Shown here: in pieces, positions 10,267-21,545 of the stretch
Layout of the letters: the number at the start of each line of letters is the position of its first letter
How positions within the stretch are numbered: the stretch's first letter is position 1
Assembly (NCBI GenBank): GCA_963803435.1
Contig: CAWDML010000009.1
Location: forward strand, 544,001-608,000
Direction: 5' to 3'
Source: an uncultured delta proteobacterium
GTDB lineage: Bacteria; Myxococcota; Kuafuiibacteriia; Kuafuiibacteriales; Kuafuiibacteriaceae
Length of the DNA: 64,000 nt
The notes under the pieces: model-generated
What the model was told of the DNA's origin: nothing
The model's database searches: none
Seen by the model: the letters and a program-made list of their open reading frames with translations, nothing else
Translations under genes and position numbers: made by a program

Positions 10267-11133
10267 ATGTTTTCAGCGCGCCGCATTGACGCGACGCGTC
10301 GCGTCCTCGTGTCCGCGGTGATGATCGGGAGCCTCTTCGGCGTCTCGACGGCGGCCGAGGCGGGCGATCCCATGCGACTCCTGATCTGTCAGCCCGGGGG
10401 TCCCGATCTCGGTGATGAGCAACAGCACGTCATCGACAAGATGTATCGGTACATCGAGCGGAAGACGGCGCTCGAGACGGGTCGGATCCAGGGCTACTAC
10501 ACGAACGATCGCGAGAAGTGCCTGGAGGAGCTGGCGAAGAAGCCAGCGATCGTGATCCCGTCGCTCCCGATCTACCTGGAGTACAAGGAGAAGATCGGCC
10601 TCACTCCGGTCGCGCAGCTCCGCCTCAACGGCAAGGTCGAGGACCCCTTCTACATCCTGGTGAAGGCCGACAGCCCGATGAGCTCGGCGCGCGATCTCGC
10701 AGGCAAGACCGTGATCGGCACGCACTTGGGGTCTCCGAGCTTCCTCCTCGACATCATCCTCGAGGGCAAGCTGACCTCGAAGGAGGTGACGGTGAAGTCC
10801 GAGCGCTTCGGGCTGCGGGCGATCCGCGACGTGACCAAGGGTAAGGCAGACGCCGTGCTGCTGGACGGCACGCAGTACCGCGCCCTCGCCGGCACTCAGT
10901 TCGAGAAGCAGCTCAAGCTGCTCGTCACCTCCAAGGCGCTCCCGACCCCGCCGGTCACCGTCACCAAGAGCGCGCCCCCCGGGTTCGTCACCAAGCTCGG
11001 CGCCGCGCTGGTGGGTATGACCGAGGACCGCGAAGGCCAGGAGGTGGTGCGCATATTCCGCGTCGAGGGCTTCGAGCTCGCGGAGCCCAAGACCTGGGCC
11101 AGCCTCGAGAAACAGATCAAGAGCGCACCCTGA
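10267..11133 (+). CDS. PhnD/SsuA-like extracytoplasmic substrate-binding protein
   Basis: Signal-peptide-like N-terminus; YILVKADSPMSSARDLAGK, AIRDVTKGKADAVLLD, SKALPTPP; start could be 10267 or 10321. Confidence 0.7.
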   Translation: MFSARRIDATRRVLVSAVMIGSLFGVSTAAEAGDPMRLLICQPGGPDLGDEQQHVIDKMYRYIERKTALETGRIQGYYTNDREKCLEELAKKPAIVIPSLPIYLEYKEKIGLTPVAQLRLNGKVEDPFYILVKADSPMSSARDLAGKTVIGTHLGSPSFLLDIILEGKLTSKEVTVKSERFGLRAIRDVTKGKADAVLLDGTQYRALAGTQFEKQLKLLVTSKALPTPPVTVTKSAPPGFVTKLGAALVGMTEDREGQEVVRIFRVEGFELAEPKTWASLEKQIKSAP

Positions 11134-11135
11134 GC

Positions 11136-13964
11136 ATGATCCGTTGGGCGCGATGGCTCTCGTCGCGGCGGACGGCGTGGGCCGTGGTGATCCTCAGCTT
11201 GGCACTGACCGCGATCGCTGGCCTCTTCGCGCTGCGCGTCGAGCATGACGACGACCTCCTCGCGTTTCTCCCCCGCGGCAACGCCGACGTGGCCGCCTTC
11301 TACGAGATCAACAAGGAGTTCGGGAGCCTCGACGTGGCGCTGGTCGGCATCGAGGCCGACGACCCTTTCGAGGCCGGCTTCCTGAACCGCCTCGGCGAGG
11401 TCACCCGCAAGCTCAACGAGGACAAGTCGATCCACTTCGCCCTCAGCGTCGCGAACGTGCCCGACTTTACCGCCTCTGCCGAGGGCGGGATCGTGACGGA
11501 CCTGTTGATCCCGGGTTCGCCCGCGGGCGAGGCCGAAGAGCAAGCGCTGCGCGAGAAGGTCATGTCCCGCGACATGGTGGTCGGCCAGCTGGTCTCGTCC
11601 GACGCACACGCTGTCCTCATCTACTGCTTCTCCGCGTTCGGCACCGATCCGCGGACGTTCGCGGGGACCGTCGAGCGGATCGTGCGCGAGGACTTCCCGA
11701 CCGAGTCCATCTACTGGGGTGGCGCACCGTTCGTCTCCACGTACATCTACACCGCGACGCAGGACGACCTCCGGAAGCTGACGCCGTGGGCGGTGCTGGT
11801 CGTGATCCTGCTGGTGATCCTCTCGTTTCGAGATCTGATCGGCGCGCTGCTCTCGTTGGTCTCGACCGGCATGGGGATCGCGGCGGCGGTCGGGCTGATG
11901 GGCGTCCTCGGGATCGAATACAACCTGGTGCTCAGCTCGATGCCCGTGATCCTGTTCTCGTGCGGGAGCGCCTACGCGATCCACGTGATCGCGCGGTACT
12001 ACCAGGTCGTCGGGAAGGACGCCTCGGCGGATCCGGGGAAGGCGCTCGAGGAGACGCTCGCGACGGTGGGGCCGACGGTGCTGGCGGCCGGGCTGACGAC
12101 CGTGGCCGGGCTGTCTTCGTTCCTCGCCATGGACATCGCGCCGATGCGGACCTTCGGGCTCTTCTCCGCGTTCGGCATCCTGGTCACGCTGATCCTGTCG
12201 CTGACGTTCGTGCCGGCGGTGATCGTGCTCGTGCGACCGCGCGCCAAGCGCTTCGGTCGATCGGCCTTCATCGCGGCGATCATGCCGGTGGTCGAGCTGA
12301 CGCGCCTTCGCCCGCGGACGGTCGCGGTGCTGCTGGTCCTGATCTCGCTCGCCGGCGCCCGCTACATCTTCCGCGTCGACAACCGGATGGATCAGACGGC
12401 GTTCTTCACCGAGGGGAGCCCGCCGGATCGCGCCGACCGGTTCCTGCTGCGCCACTTCGGGGGCGCCACCTTCATCGAGGTCGCCGTCGACGCCGACTTC
12501 ACCCAGCCCGAGACGCTCCGGGAGCTGGAGCGCCTCTCCGATCGGATCGCCACGCTGCCGGCCGTGTCGAACGTGCAGCACATCGGCCAGGTGATCTCGC
12601 AGGTCAACGAGGCGATGGAGGGCGAGCGACGGATTCCGGACGACGGCGACAAGGTCCAGTCGCTGTACCGCTTCCTCACCGGCAACTCGGCGGTCTCGCA
12701 GCTGGTCACCGCGGCCCATCACCGCGCGCTGGTAGTGGTCAAGGTGCGGTCCACCGACATCACCGAGATCGAGGAGACGCTGGCCGCGATCGAACAGATC
12801 GTCGTCGGCGAGATCCCCGCGCGTTACCGGCTCGCGCCGCGCGGAACGCCGGAGGCGGTCGCCGCCGCCCAGTCCTACGTGATGGGGCGGATCCGCGCGC
12901 TCCTGTCCGGCGTGGGGATCTCACTGGCGCGGGCGCAGGACGAGCAGCTCCGGACGCGGCTCGCCAGCCCCGCGCCCGCGGTCGCCTCGAGCGCGCTCCT
13001 CCCGGCGCTGCGGACGTTCCTCGGCTCGGACGAGTGTCTCGTCGATCTGGGCGACGACGCGAAGCGAGACAGGGTGGCGGGCGCGCTGGCGGCGCTCGCT
13101 CCCGGAGCGTCCGAGGCGGAGGTCGAGGCCGCGATCGCAGGCGTGATCGCGGGCGAGACCATCGAGGGCGAGGCCGCCGGTCCCGAGCTGATCGCGGATC
13201 TGGCAGGCTCGGTCCGGACGCCGCTGGTCGAGATCCGCCGTCGCGTGGAGGCGAAGGCCCGCGCGGAGGCGATGCTCGCCGATCTTCCCGTGCCGGCGGC
13301 GATCGCCGAGCGGGTCGCGCAGCTCCTCCCGGTGCTCGACGCGCCCAGGACGCTGGTGCCGGCGGGGAAGGGGCCGGCGGACGGCGAGATGTCAGCCATG
13401 GTCAACGGCTTGCCGGTGCTCCACCGTGGGCTGTCGGCCAGCTCCACCCGGAATCAGCTGCTCAGCATGACGATCGCGCTGCTGGCGGTGCTGGTGATCC
13501 TGATGATCACGTTCCGCTCGCTCACGTACGGTTTGATCGCTTCGAGCCCCATGTTCATCACGCTCCTCGTGATCTACGGCGGCATGGGTTGGCTCGGCGT
13601 GCACCTCGACATCGGCACCTCGATGCTCGCGAGCATCGTGATCGGTGCAGGCGTCGACTACTCCGTCCATCTCCTGGTGGCGTGGCGCCGCTCGACGTCG
13701 CTGGCCGAGGCCGTCGAGCGGGCAGGACCCGCGATCTGGACCAACGCCCTCATGGTCGCCGCCGGCTTCTTCGTCCTGACGCTCGGCGAGGCTCGTCCGC
13801 TGCAAAATGTGGGCGGGCTGACGGCCGCGGCGATGCTGACGGCGGCGCTCTCCACCTTCGTCTCGATCCCGTTGCTCGGCGGCTGGATGCACGCGGCGGA
13901 CTTGCGCACCGAATCGGAGTCGGTGACGGTCCCCGAGGACAGCCCGAAAGGAGTCACCTCGTGA
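11136..13964 (+). CDS. MMPL/RND-family transporter
   Basis: Two sets of TM helices with GLTTVAGLSSF and IGAGVDYSVH motifs; large extracytoplasmic loops. Confidence 0.9.
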   Translation: MIRWARWLSSRRTAWAVVILSLALTAIAGLFALRVEHDDDLLAFLPRGNADVAAFYEINKEFGSLDVALVGIEADDPFEAGFLNRLGEVTRKLNEDKSIHFALSVANVPDFTASAEGGIVTDLLIPGSPAGEAEEQALREKVMSRDMVVGQLVSSDAHAVLIYCFSAFGTDPRTFAGTVERIVREDFPTESIYWGGAPFVSTYIYTATQDDLRKLTPWAVLVVILLVILSFRDLIGALLSLVSTGMGIAAAVGLMGVLGIEYNLVLSSMPVILFSCGSAYAIHVIARYYQVVGKDASADPGKALEETLATVGPTVLAAGLTTVAGLSSFLAMDIAPMRTFGLFSAFGILVTLILSLTFVPAVIVLVRPRAKRFGRSAFIAAIMPVVELTRLRPRTVAVLLVLISLAGARYIFRVDNRMDQTAFFTEGSPPDRADRFLLRHFGGATFIEVAVDADFTQPETLRELERLSDRIATLPAVSNVQHIGQVISQVNEAMEGERRIPDDGDKVQSLYRFLTGNSAVSQLVTAAHHRALVVVKVRSTDITEIEETLAAIEQIVVGEIPARYRLAPRGTPEAVAAAQSYVMGRIRALLSGVGISLARAQDEQLRTRLASPAPAVASSALLPALRTFLGSDECLVDLGDDAKRDRVAGALAALAPGASEAEVEAAIAGVIAGETIEGEAAGPELIADLAGSVRTPLVEIRRRVEAKARAEAMLADLPVPAAIAERVAQLLPVLDAPRTLVPAGKGPADGEMSAMVNGLPVLHRGLSASSTRNQLLSMTIALLAVLVILMITFRSLTYGLIASSPMFITLLVIYGGMGWLGVHLDIGTSMLASIVIGAGVDYSVHLLVAWRRSTSLAEAVERAGPAIWTNALMVAAGFFVLTLGEARPLQNVGGLTAAAMLTAALSTFVSIPLLGGWMHAADLRTESESVTVPEDSPKGVTS

Positions 13965-14683
13965 ACGTCTTCGCCGGATTTCTCGCCTTGAGCCTGGCTC
14001 AGGCCAACGCTCAACCGAACGCCGACCAGATCGTCAAGGACATGGACGCGGCCATGAACGCGTACCGTGATCTGTCGCTGAAGTACGAGATGATCGACAA
14101 GCAGCAGGGCCGCGACGAGCGGAAGATGATGTTCGACATCGACATCAAGGGCGAGATGCGGATGACCGCGTTCGACGCCCCCGCCGACATGAAGGGCACC
14201 AAAGTGCTCATCGTGTCGCCGACGCAGATGTACATCTACCTGCCGTCGTACAAGAAGGTCCGCCGGATCGCGAGCCACGTGACGAACCAAGGGTTCATGG
14301 GATCGGCGTACAGCAACGATGACATGGCCCTGAGCCGGTTCGGTGACAAGTTCAGCGCGAAGCTCCTCGGTGAGGACGACGCGACCTGGAGCCTCGAGAT
14401 GACCAAGAAAAACGACGATGCTCCCTACGCGAAGATCCGGCTCACTGTCGACAAGAAGCTCCATCAGCCGATCAAGCTCGAGTACTTCAACGAGGAAGGC
14501 ACCCACATCAAGACCGAGACTCGCACCAAGTTCGACTGCGAGGGGAACGTGTGCGCACCCGGAGAGATGGAGATGACGGATCATCGGAGCGAGGGCCACT
14601 CGAGCACGCTGATCCGCCGCCAGTGGAAGGTGAACCCGGGACTCTCGGATCGCGTCTTCAGCAAGCGTAATCTGCAACCGTGA
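13961..14683 (+). CDS. Outer-membrane lipoprotein-sorting (LolA-like) protein
   Basis: GTG start after AAAGGAG; FDAPADMKGTKVL, YIYLPSYKKVRRIAS, FMGSAYSNDD, GLSDRVFSKRNL. Confidence 0.85.
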   Translation: MNVFAGFLALSLAQANAQPNADQIVKDMDAAMNAYRDLSLKYEMIDKQQGRDERKMMFDIDIKGEMRMTAFDAPADMKGTKVLIVSPTQMYIYLPSYKKVRRIASHVTNQGFMGSAYSNDDMALSRFGDKFSAKLLGEDDATWSLEMTKKNDDAPYAKIRLTVDKKLHQPIKLEYFNEEGTHIKTETRTKFDCEGNVCAPGEMEMTDHRSEGHSSTLIRRQWKVNPGLSDRVFSKRNLQP

Positions 14684-17204
14684 CCCGCGCCCTGCTGATC
14701 GCGAGCCTCGGGCTCGCGTCATGTGCGCGCTACGATCGACTCGACGCGGGCGATGTCGATCCGATCGGCTCGGCGATCCTCGCCTGGTACCAGCCGGCCG
14801 GGAAGGCGCGCGTGGTCGCCGTGGACGGGCCCGCGTATCACCGGGAGCTGCCAGGGAACGGTGAGACGGTGGTGGTGCTGCACTACGCGGAGTCCTTGGC
14901 GGAGCTCCAGATCGCGACGACTCCGGAAGGGGACGTCGTCGAGGACGCGGCGGGACGCTCGCTGCCTTTCGAGCGGGGGTTCAAGAGCGAGCGGGGCGGG
15001 CCGTTCGACCGGCTCAACGCGCTGACCCCCGAGCTCGCGAGCTACCGGATTCCGGTCCTCGATCCGCTGTCCTGCCTGTCGAGGGGCGAGTGTCCGGGCG
15101 TGGGCCGCTGCGTCCCCTGCCTGCCGGGGCGAACGATCCAAACACCCGAACTACCCAGATTGGCCGAGTCCCCGTTCGCGCCCGTCCTCACGCCTTGCCC
15201 GGCGGACTGGAGGGAGGTGCGCGGCGGAGGCCTCGACGCGCCGTACTGCGAGCCTCCCGCCCAGGTGGCGATGGGCTGTCTCGACGCCGAGGTGCAGCGC
15301 TACGGTGCGGTCAGCTGCACGAGGGTCGGGACTGTCTGCCCCGTCGGTCGGTTCCCGAGCGATACGGATGCGGGCACCATCTTCGTCGATGGGCAGGCGG
15401 GCCCTGGTGGGGACGGAACGATTCTCGTCTCCGTTTCGATCCTTGGCCGAGGCGTCGAGCGTCGGCCCGCCCGGCCGAATCGTTCTGGTGGCGTCCGGGA
15501 CGTACGACGAGCCACCGCTCGGGCTGTCCGAGCTCACGATCCGGGGCACTTGCACCGACGCGGTGGTGCGTACCGCCCGGGTCGACTTCGATGGACCTTC
15601 GGCCGCGCTCGAGAACCTCACCCTATCGACCGGCGCCGTCGTGGTGCGCGGCCGGCAGGGGTACCTGTTCGACGTGATCCTGAGCGACGCGGTCGCGAGC
15701 CCGCTCGTCGTCGAGGCGACGGGGGAGATCACGATGCTGGACACGGTCGTCCGACGCGCCGCCGAGCCGATCCATGTCGAGGGCTCCCTGAGCGCCCAGG
15801 ACGTCAACATCGAGGACAGCCAGTGCATGGGGCTGGAGTCCGTCGGGGGCAGCGTGCTCCTCGAGCGAACGATCTTCCGGGGCACGCGGCCGTGCCCGGT
15901 GCCTCCCACGGTCGATCTCCGGCTGGAGGGAGGTGATGGGCAGCTCTCCTCGGTGCGCTTCGATGGAGGCGGGGATCATGGGGTCGCCGCGTACCAAGCG
16001 ATCCTCATCGCCAACGACGTGTCGATCGCGGACCGGATCCTCGGGATCGAGCTCCACCAAACCGATGCGACGCTCACCAACCTCGCGATGGGGACGAGCA
16101 GGCTGCAGGCGAGCAGCTCGACGGTCTCGATCGTGATGATGGTGGGCCGCTCGCTCGACCTCGAGACCAGCCACGCCAACATCCGACAGCTGCGGCTGGA
16201 GGGCGATCCCGGTGAGGTCGCGCTCTCGGCGCAAGCTTCGAGCGAGATCGCCGCCAGCGACCTCCTGATCCGGAACGCGCTCCATGCGGCGGACGTGCTG
16301 GGCCAGGCGCATCTCCAGCTCCAGCGTGCGGAGGTCGCGGGATCGACGGTCGCCTTCGAGGTGGGATCGGGCGCGGTGGCCGTGCGCGACGCCAGCGTGC
16401 ACGGGGGCGGCACCTTCCTCATCGGGCCCGCGGACGTCACCGTGCTTCTCGAGCGCGTCGCCGTCTCGGACGTCGTCAAGGGACTCACGATCGGTCCGGA
16501 CGCGTGTACGGGGCCGGTTTCGCTCGGTTCGGGGCAGGTCACGGTCTCCAGCCTGAAGTTCCAAGACACGGCGAATCCGATCACGCTCACCGGCGCGACC
16601 GCCAACCTGGTGAGCGTCGAGCTCGAGCGATCGGGATCCTTTTGGTCGTGCGACTCGAGGCTCGACGCGACAGACCTGAGCTCGAGGAGCACGACCGCTT
16701 CGATTGCCGCTCATCTGATCGGAATCAGCGGCGCTCCGGGTGTCCAACTCGCGCGGGTCTCGCTCCAGGACGCCGGCGTCGGTCTCGAGCTACGGTCGAT
16801 AGGAACCGATACGATTCTACAGGATGTGGTCATCGAGGGCGCGCGCGATGTCGGTCTCCGGGCGACCGGTGGGGGCTCGGCGCAGATCGCGCGACTCGGG
16901 ATCGTCGGTTGCCCGATCGGGCTCGACGTCGAAGAACTGTTCGAGCTCGACCTGAAGGATCTCGACGGTCTCGACGGCGTCGGACCGCGCCGCCTACGTG
17001 CGGTCGGCCACGCTGGATGTCGAGGCCTTCAAGCTCGAGCTGGGCGGGACCGGCCTGGACTTCGACGCGGCTGCGGGGATGATGGTCGGTGGGCGGATCT
17101 CGGGGTTCCAGACCGGCTTTCGGCTCGAGAGCGGCACGCCTCCGACCTTCCGTGACGTCGAGCTGATCGACAACGACCAGGCGGTTCGTGTCGACGGCCG
17201 CTGA
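14680..17204 (+). CDS. Lipoprotein with a Cys-rich region and right-handed beta-helix; split by two +1 frameshifts (~15421, ~16963)
   Basis: Lipobox LASC; GGDGT/SSPFRSLAEA motif spans the first frame change; V/L-x-D/N-V-x-I beta-helix repeats continue in ORFs 15305 and 16998. Confidence 0.65.
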
Positions 17205-17221
17205 GCTGTTACGCTGGATTC

Positions 17222-18721
17222 GTGGTCGACGAGCGCCTCCCGCGACCGTTCGGCGGGTACGTTCTGTTCGAGGTCCTGGGTGCCGGGGGGGCCGGCGCGG
17301 TCTACGCGGCCCGCGCCCGTGACGCCAAGATCGCAGGTCCGGTCGTGATCAAGATCCTTCACCCGGCGGTGGCGGGGAGCTCGACCCAGCTGCTGAGGTT
17401 CCGCCAGGAGGCGGAGGTGGCGGTGAAGATCGACCATCCGAACGTGGTCCGCGTGCTCGACGCCGGCACCTGCGACGAGCAGCCCTACCTTGCGATGGAG
17501 TACGTGGTCGGTTGGACCTCAGCCGAGGTGATCCGGGCCTCGATCCGGTCGGGGCAGGGCTTGCCGATCGCGATCGCCGGCGGGATCGTGCGCCAGGCGC
17601 TCGCGGGTGTCGGTGCGATCCATGCGCTCGACCTGGTTCACCGTGATCTCTCGCCGAACAACGTCATGATCGACGCCGAGGGCGTGATCCGGCTGATCGA
17701 CCTCGGGCTGGCCAAGTCGCACCTGAGGGACTGGCAGACCAAGACCGGCACCACGATGGGCTCACCAGGGTACATCCCGCCGGAGCAGATCGCCGGGGAT
17801 CAGATCTCGGAGCGCGCCGACTTCTATCCGCTGGGGGTGCTCCTCTTCGAGCTGATCACGGCTCGGCGCATGATCCGCGGCAAGACGACGTTCGAGCTCC
17901 TCCGCGCCGCGCTGGAGTACGAGCACCGGTCCCTCACCGAGATCCGGCGCGACGTTCCGCCCGCGATCGACGAGGTTGTTCGTATCGCCACCGCCCGGGA
18001 TCCCGAGGATCGATTCTCGTCGGCCGCCGCCTTCGCCGCCGCCCTCGAGCGCGCGTGTCCAGATCTCGCGTTGCCGCAGGCGATCGAGCGGACGCTCTCC
18101 GCGCTGGTGGCGGAGCGCAAGGAGGAGCGCACGCGGCTGTTCGAGCTGAGCCGGACGTCCGTCCGACCGGAGCCGACCCGCACGGGGATGTATGTGGAGG
18201 CGACGCCTACGCCGCCCGCACGGGCCCGCGGGTTCGGGCCCGCCGCGATCGGGCTGGCCGTCGGGCTGATCCTCGGCGGCGGCGGCGTCGAGCTCTTTCA
18301 TGCGGCTGGGCCCCAGCCGATCGCCCTTAGGCCGCCCGAGGAGGTCCCGGCGCCGGTGATCGAGGCGCCGGAGGTCACCGCGGTCGCGAGCGAGCCGGTG
18401 CCGTCGGTTCGTGCCCGTGCGACCCGGCGGGTCCCACGCTCCCGCGCCGAGCGTCCGCCGCCTCCGCCCCCGCCCCCGCGCTCGCCCCCTGCCCGGGTCG
18501 AGGTCGCCCCGCCGCCGCCCCGGCCGCCGTCCCTCCTCGAACGCCGGACCGGGCTGACCCGACGGGCCGAGGCGCTGATCCGCGCGCATCCCGGTGATCG
18601 CGCGCTGCTCAAGGTGATCGCGGAGCTCGGCATGATCACGCCGTCGAGCGAGCCTGCGCGCGCGGAGGAGACGCTCGAGGGATGCGCGAAGACTCTCGAC
18701 GGGTACGGCCAGCCGCGCTGA
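17222..18721 (+). CDS. Membrane Ser/Thr protein kinase
   Basis: LGAGGAGAVY, VVIK, HRDLSPNN, DLG, GSPGYIPPEQ; TM segment; Pro-rich tail. Confidence 0.9.
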   Translation: MVDERLPRPFGGYVLFEVLGAGGAGAVYAARARDAKIAGPVVIKILHPAVAGSSTQLLRFRQEAEVAVKIDHPNVVRVLDAGTCDEQPYLAMEYVVGWTSAEVIRASIRSGQGLPIAIAGGIVRQALAGVGAIHALDLVHRDLSPNNVMIDAEGVIRLIDLGLAKSHLRDWQTKTGTTMGSPGYIPPEQIAGDQISERADFYPLGVLLFELITARRMIRGKTTFELLRAALEYEHRSLTEIRRDVPPAIDEVVRIATARDPEDRFSSAAAFAAALERACPDLALPQAIERTLSALVAERKEERTRLFELSRTSVRPEPTRTGMYVEATPTPPARARGFGPAAIGLAVGLILGGGGVELFHAAGPQPIALRPPEEVPAPVIEAPEVTAVASEPVPSVRARATRRVPRSRAERPPPPPPPPRSPPARVEVAPPPPRPPSLLERRTGLTRRAEALIRAHPGDRALLKVIAELGMITPSSEPARAEETLEGCAKTLDGYGQPR

Positions 18722-18723
18722 GC

Positions 18724-19552
18724 TCAGGGGCAGGGCGCTGTACAGGGCGGCCCGTTCGTCAGGCAGGTGCAGTGATCGCGGAGCAGCACGCCGGCCGTGA
18801 CGGCCGCGCCGATCGCGACTGCGCCGCCTACCGCGATCCAAAGCCATGGCGACTCGACCAGCGAGCCCTCGTCGATCTCCAGCGAGGCCTCGACGGTGCG
18901 CCCCGCCTCGATCGTCACGTCGGCCCCTGGAGATGTTCGCGCTCCGGCGGTGGCAAAGACGCGGTAGTGGCCGGGGGAGCAGGATCGGACGATCGGAGGC
19001 ACCGACGATCGAGGTGCCCTCGATCGAGACGAGCGCCTCCGGTGGCTCGGCGTGGACGAGGAGACGGCCGCCCTTCAGGAAGCCGGAGGCCTCGAGCACG
19101 TCGGTGGTCCCGGCCTCGATCGCGGCGGAGACTCCGGATCGATCGGGGATCGTCGAGAGGTGCTCGGCGAGCAAGGTGCGCGACCGGATCGAGACCAGAC
19201 TGATCGCCAGCACTTGCGGCTCGACCTCGAAGTTGAGCACCACCAGCAGCGCGAGGGTCGCCGTCGAGGAGCCAACGAAGAGCCCCTGGATGGAGTGTGC
19301 GATGCAGGTGATGTCGCTGGCGCACTCGCCTGCGCGCGCGGTCCGCTCGTCGGCGTCGGTGGAGTAGAAGTCATCGATCGACATCGGTGACACGCCGCTC
19401 CTGTACTCGCAGGCTCGCTGGACCGCCGTGAAGATCTCGGCCGTCGGCGCCTTCACGTGGGTCCGTGCGACGATCGGGAGGATCGCCATGGGTTCGGCGG
19501 CCGCGGCCTCCACCGGCACCAGCACGGCGACCACCAGCGCGATCCCTCGCAT
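18724..19552 (-). CDS. Secreted PEGA-domain protein; +1 frameshift near 18975
   Basis: Signal peptide; GRLLVHAEPPEALVSIEG continues as PGHYRVFATA...ESPWLWIAVGG in the next frame. Confidence 0.65.
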
Positions 19553-19574
19553 CGGGTCGATGATAGCTCAGCGA

Positions 19575-21545
19575 CTACTCGAGCCGAACGTCGTCGATGA
19601 TCACGGTCTCGTCGCTCGCGGCTCGGCCCTCCCACACCAGGAGGAGCTGCGAGAGGCGATCGATGCGGACGCCTTGCTTCGTCGCGGCTTCCAGTGGGAG
19701 CTCGATCGTCGTCCAGTCGGTCCCGACCATCATGTCGTCGAAGCGCGCCTTCTTGACGCCGTCCCCGACCACCAGGGAGATGCGGCCGGCCTCGCCCTCG
19801 CGGCGCGCGGAGAGCTGGATTGCGCGGTGGCCCCGGGCGTCGAGACGTCCCAGGCCGAGGGAGGTGAGCGCATAGCCGTCGGGAGAGAGGTCGTGAACGT
19901 GGATACGTAGGCCGCGGCCGGTGTGACCGCCGGGTGCGAGCGCGCCTTCGATCTGTCCCTGCGAGGACTCGTACCCGATCGCGCCCGCGACGTCGGTGAG
20001 ATCGTCGCGCGAGAGATCGAAGCCGGCCAGGGCCACCGGAGCCTGGTCAGCGGCGAAACGGATGTAGTCGAGCTCGAGGGTGGCGGGGGTCTCGCGTCCG
20101 AAGAGCGTGAGGGTCAGCTTCTCCGGCGGCGCCGCCTGGAACGCGGACATCGGGATCGAGACCGTGCGCCACTCGTCCCCGAGCTGGGGCGCATAGGCCC
20201 GGAGCTCGAGCCGGGCGGCGGCGCCCTTCTGATCGGTCGTGGAGATGGTGACGGCGCCGGTGGACGCGTCGCCGCGCAGGCGGAGCTCGAGCGTCGGCAG
20301 GTCGCGCGGAAGCGGTGTGGCCAGGTGAACGTCCACGCCGGCGTACTCGGTCCTCGCCGCCGCCGGGACGCCGAGTCGAAGCGCGCCCTCCCGCTGCTCG
20401 AAGGTCATCCGGCGATCGATCTCCTCGCTGGAGGCGAACGGCTTCACCAGCTCGCGCTGGGCGGTGACGTTGGCGCTGGACTCGAAATCGTCGATCAGGA
20501 GCGACTCGCCGGCCCTGGGCGGCCGCAGATAATATGTATGGGGAGCATCCGGTGGATCGCAGACCGTCGCCTGCTCGTGGCGGTGGCAGAGCCACACCTT
20601 CTGCGTGATGGGGTCGCCGATCTCGACCGGGTTCTTCTTCACGTCGATGGTGGCAACGGCAGCATCGGTTGCGAAGAACAGCTGTCGGTCGCTGCGGGGC
20701 GGGCCTGCCAGCAGCACCCGCGCCCCGTGGGGCGTCGCGTCGATCCGCTGGATGTGCGGACCCACGTCGCCGAGACCCAGAAAGCCCACCGTGATCGAGG
20801 AGGTGTCGGTCGGCGTCAGCGCGGTGGAGATCGCGATCGAGTGCATCGACGGCGGCGCCGAGCGGCCGCCCTGTCGCGGGCGGAAGGCCGCGAGCGGGAT
20901 CTCGAAGCGACGGAAGTCGGGATCGAGCACCAGCTCGTAGTCGCGGTACTGGAGCTGGTCCTTGACGCGGGTCGCCACGGTCACGCGCACCGGGCCGACC
21001 GAGCCCTTGGCGATCAGGACCAGCGCGCTGTGACCTTGCGGCCGGATCCCGTCGCTCTCGGAGTAGCCCAGCGTCCGCTCGACGGTGAGGCGCTTCCTGT
21101 CCGGGTTCGCGAGCACCGCCGCGGCAAAGCCGTGCGTCAGCACGACGTCCCCGGAGCACACGAGCTCGAAGGGGGTCCGGATGCCGCCCCGGTTTCGCTC
21201 GATCTCGATCCCTTCGGGGCCTGCCGCCCAGGCGCCGCGGTTCGCCCACAGCGTGATCTCGTGCCCGTTTCGTTTGAAACGAACGCGATGGCCGCTCGCC
21301 CGGCCGACCTCGAGCTCGACCAGGTTCTGGCCCTTCACCAGCTGGACGGTCTTCCGCGCGGTGGCGGCCTCGGGGCGGCCGTCGGAGTGGACGGCCTGGA
21401 AGGTGAAGGTGACCTCCTCCGGCTCGGGGGCGAACAGCGAGACGACCAGGACGTCGCCGCGGTACCCATAGCCGGGCAGGTAGGCCGCTTCGGCCCGGGC
21501 GATCAGCGCAAAAGCCGCCGCCACCACGAAAACCGCCGCGCGCAT
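19575..21545 (-). CDS. Secreted protein with tandem CBM11/CIA30-like galactose-binding-fold domains
   Basis: Signal peptide; FRRFEIPLAAF, LIDDFES...WRTVSIPMSAF...LDYIRF, WTTIELPL...IIDDVRLE. Confidence 0.55.
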   Translation of the reverse strand: MRAAVFVVAAAFALIARAEAAYLPGYGYRGDVLVVSLFAPEPEEVTFTFQAVHSDGRPEAATARKTVQLVKGQNLVELEVGRASGHRVRFKRNGHEITLWANRGAWAAGPEGIEIERNRGGIRTPFELVCSGDVVLTHGFAAAVLANPDRKRLTVERTLGYSESDGIRPQGHSALVLIAKGSVGPVRVTVATRVKDQLQYRDYELVLDPDFRRFEIPLAAFRPRQGGRSAPPSMHSIAISTALTPTDTSSITVGFLGLGDVGPHIQRIDATPHGARVLLAGPPRSDRQLFFATDAAVATIDVKKNPVEIGDPITQKVWLCHRHEQATVCDPPDAPHTYYLRPPRAGESLLIDDFESSANVTAQRELVKPFASSEEIDRRMTFEQREGALRLGVPAAARTEYAGVDVHLATPLPRDLPTLELRLRGDASTGAVTISTTDQKGAAARLELRAYAPQLGDEWRTVSIPMSAFQAAPPEKLTLTLFGRETPATLELDYIRFAADQAPVALAGFDLSRDDLTDVAGAIGYESSQGQIEGALAPGGHTGRGLRIHVHDLSPDGYALTSLGLGRLDARGHRAIQLSARREGEAGRISLVVGDGVKKARFDDMMVGTDWTTIELPLEAATKQGVRIDRLSQLLLVWEGRAASDETVIIDDVRLE

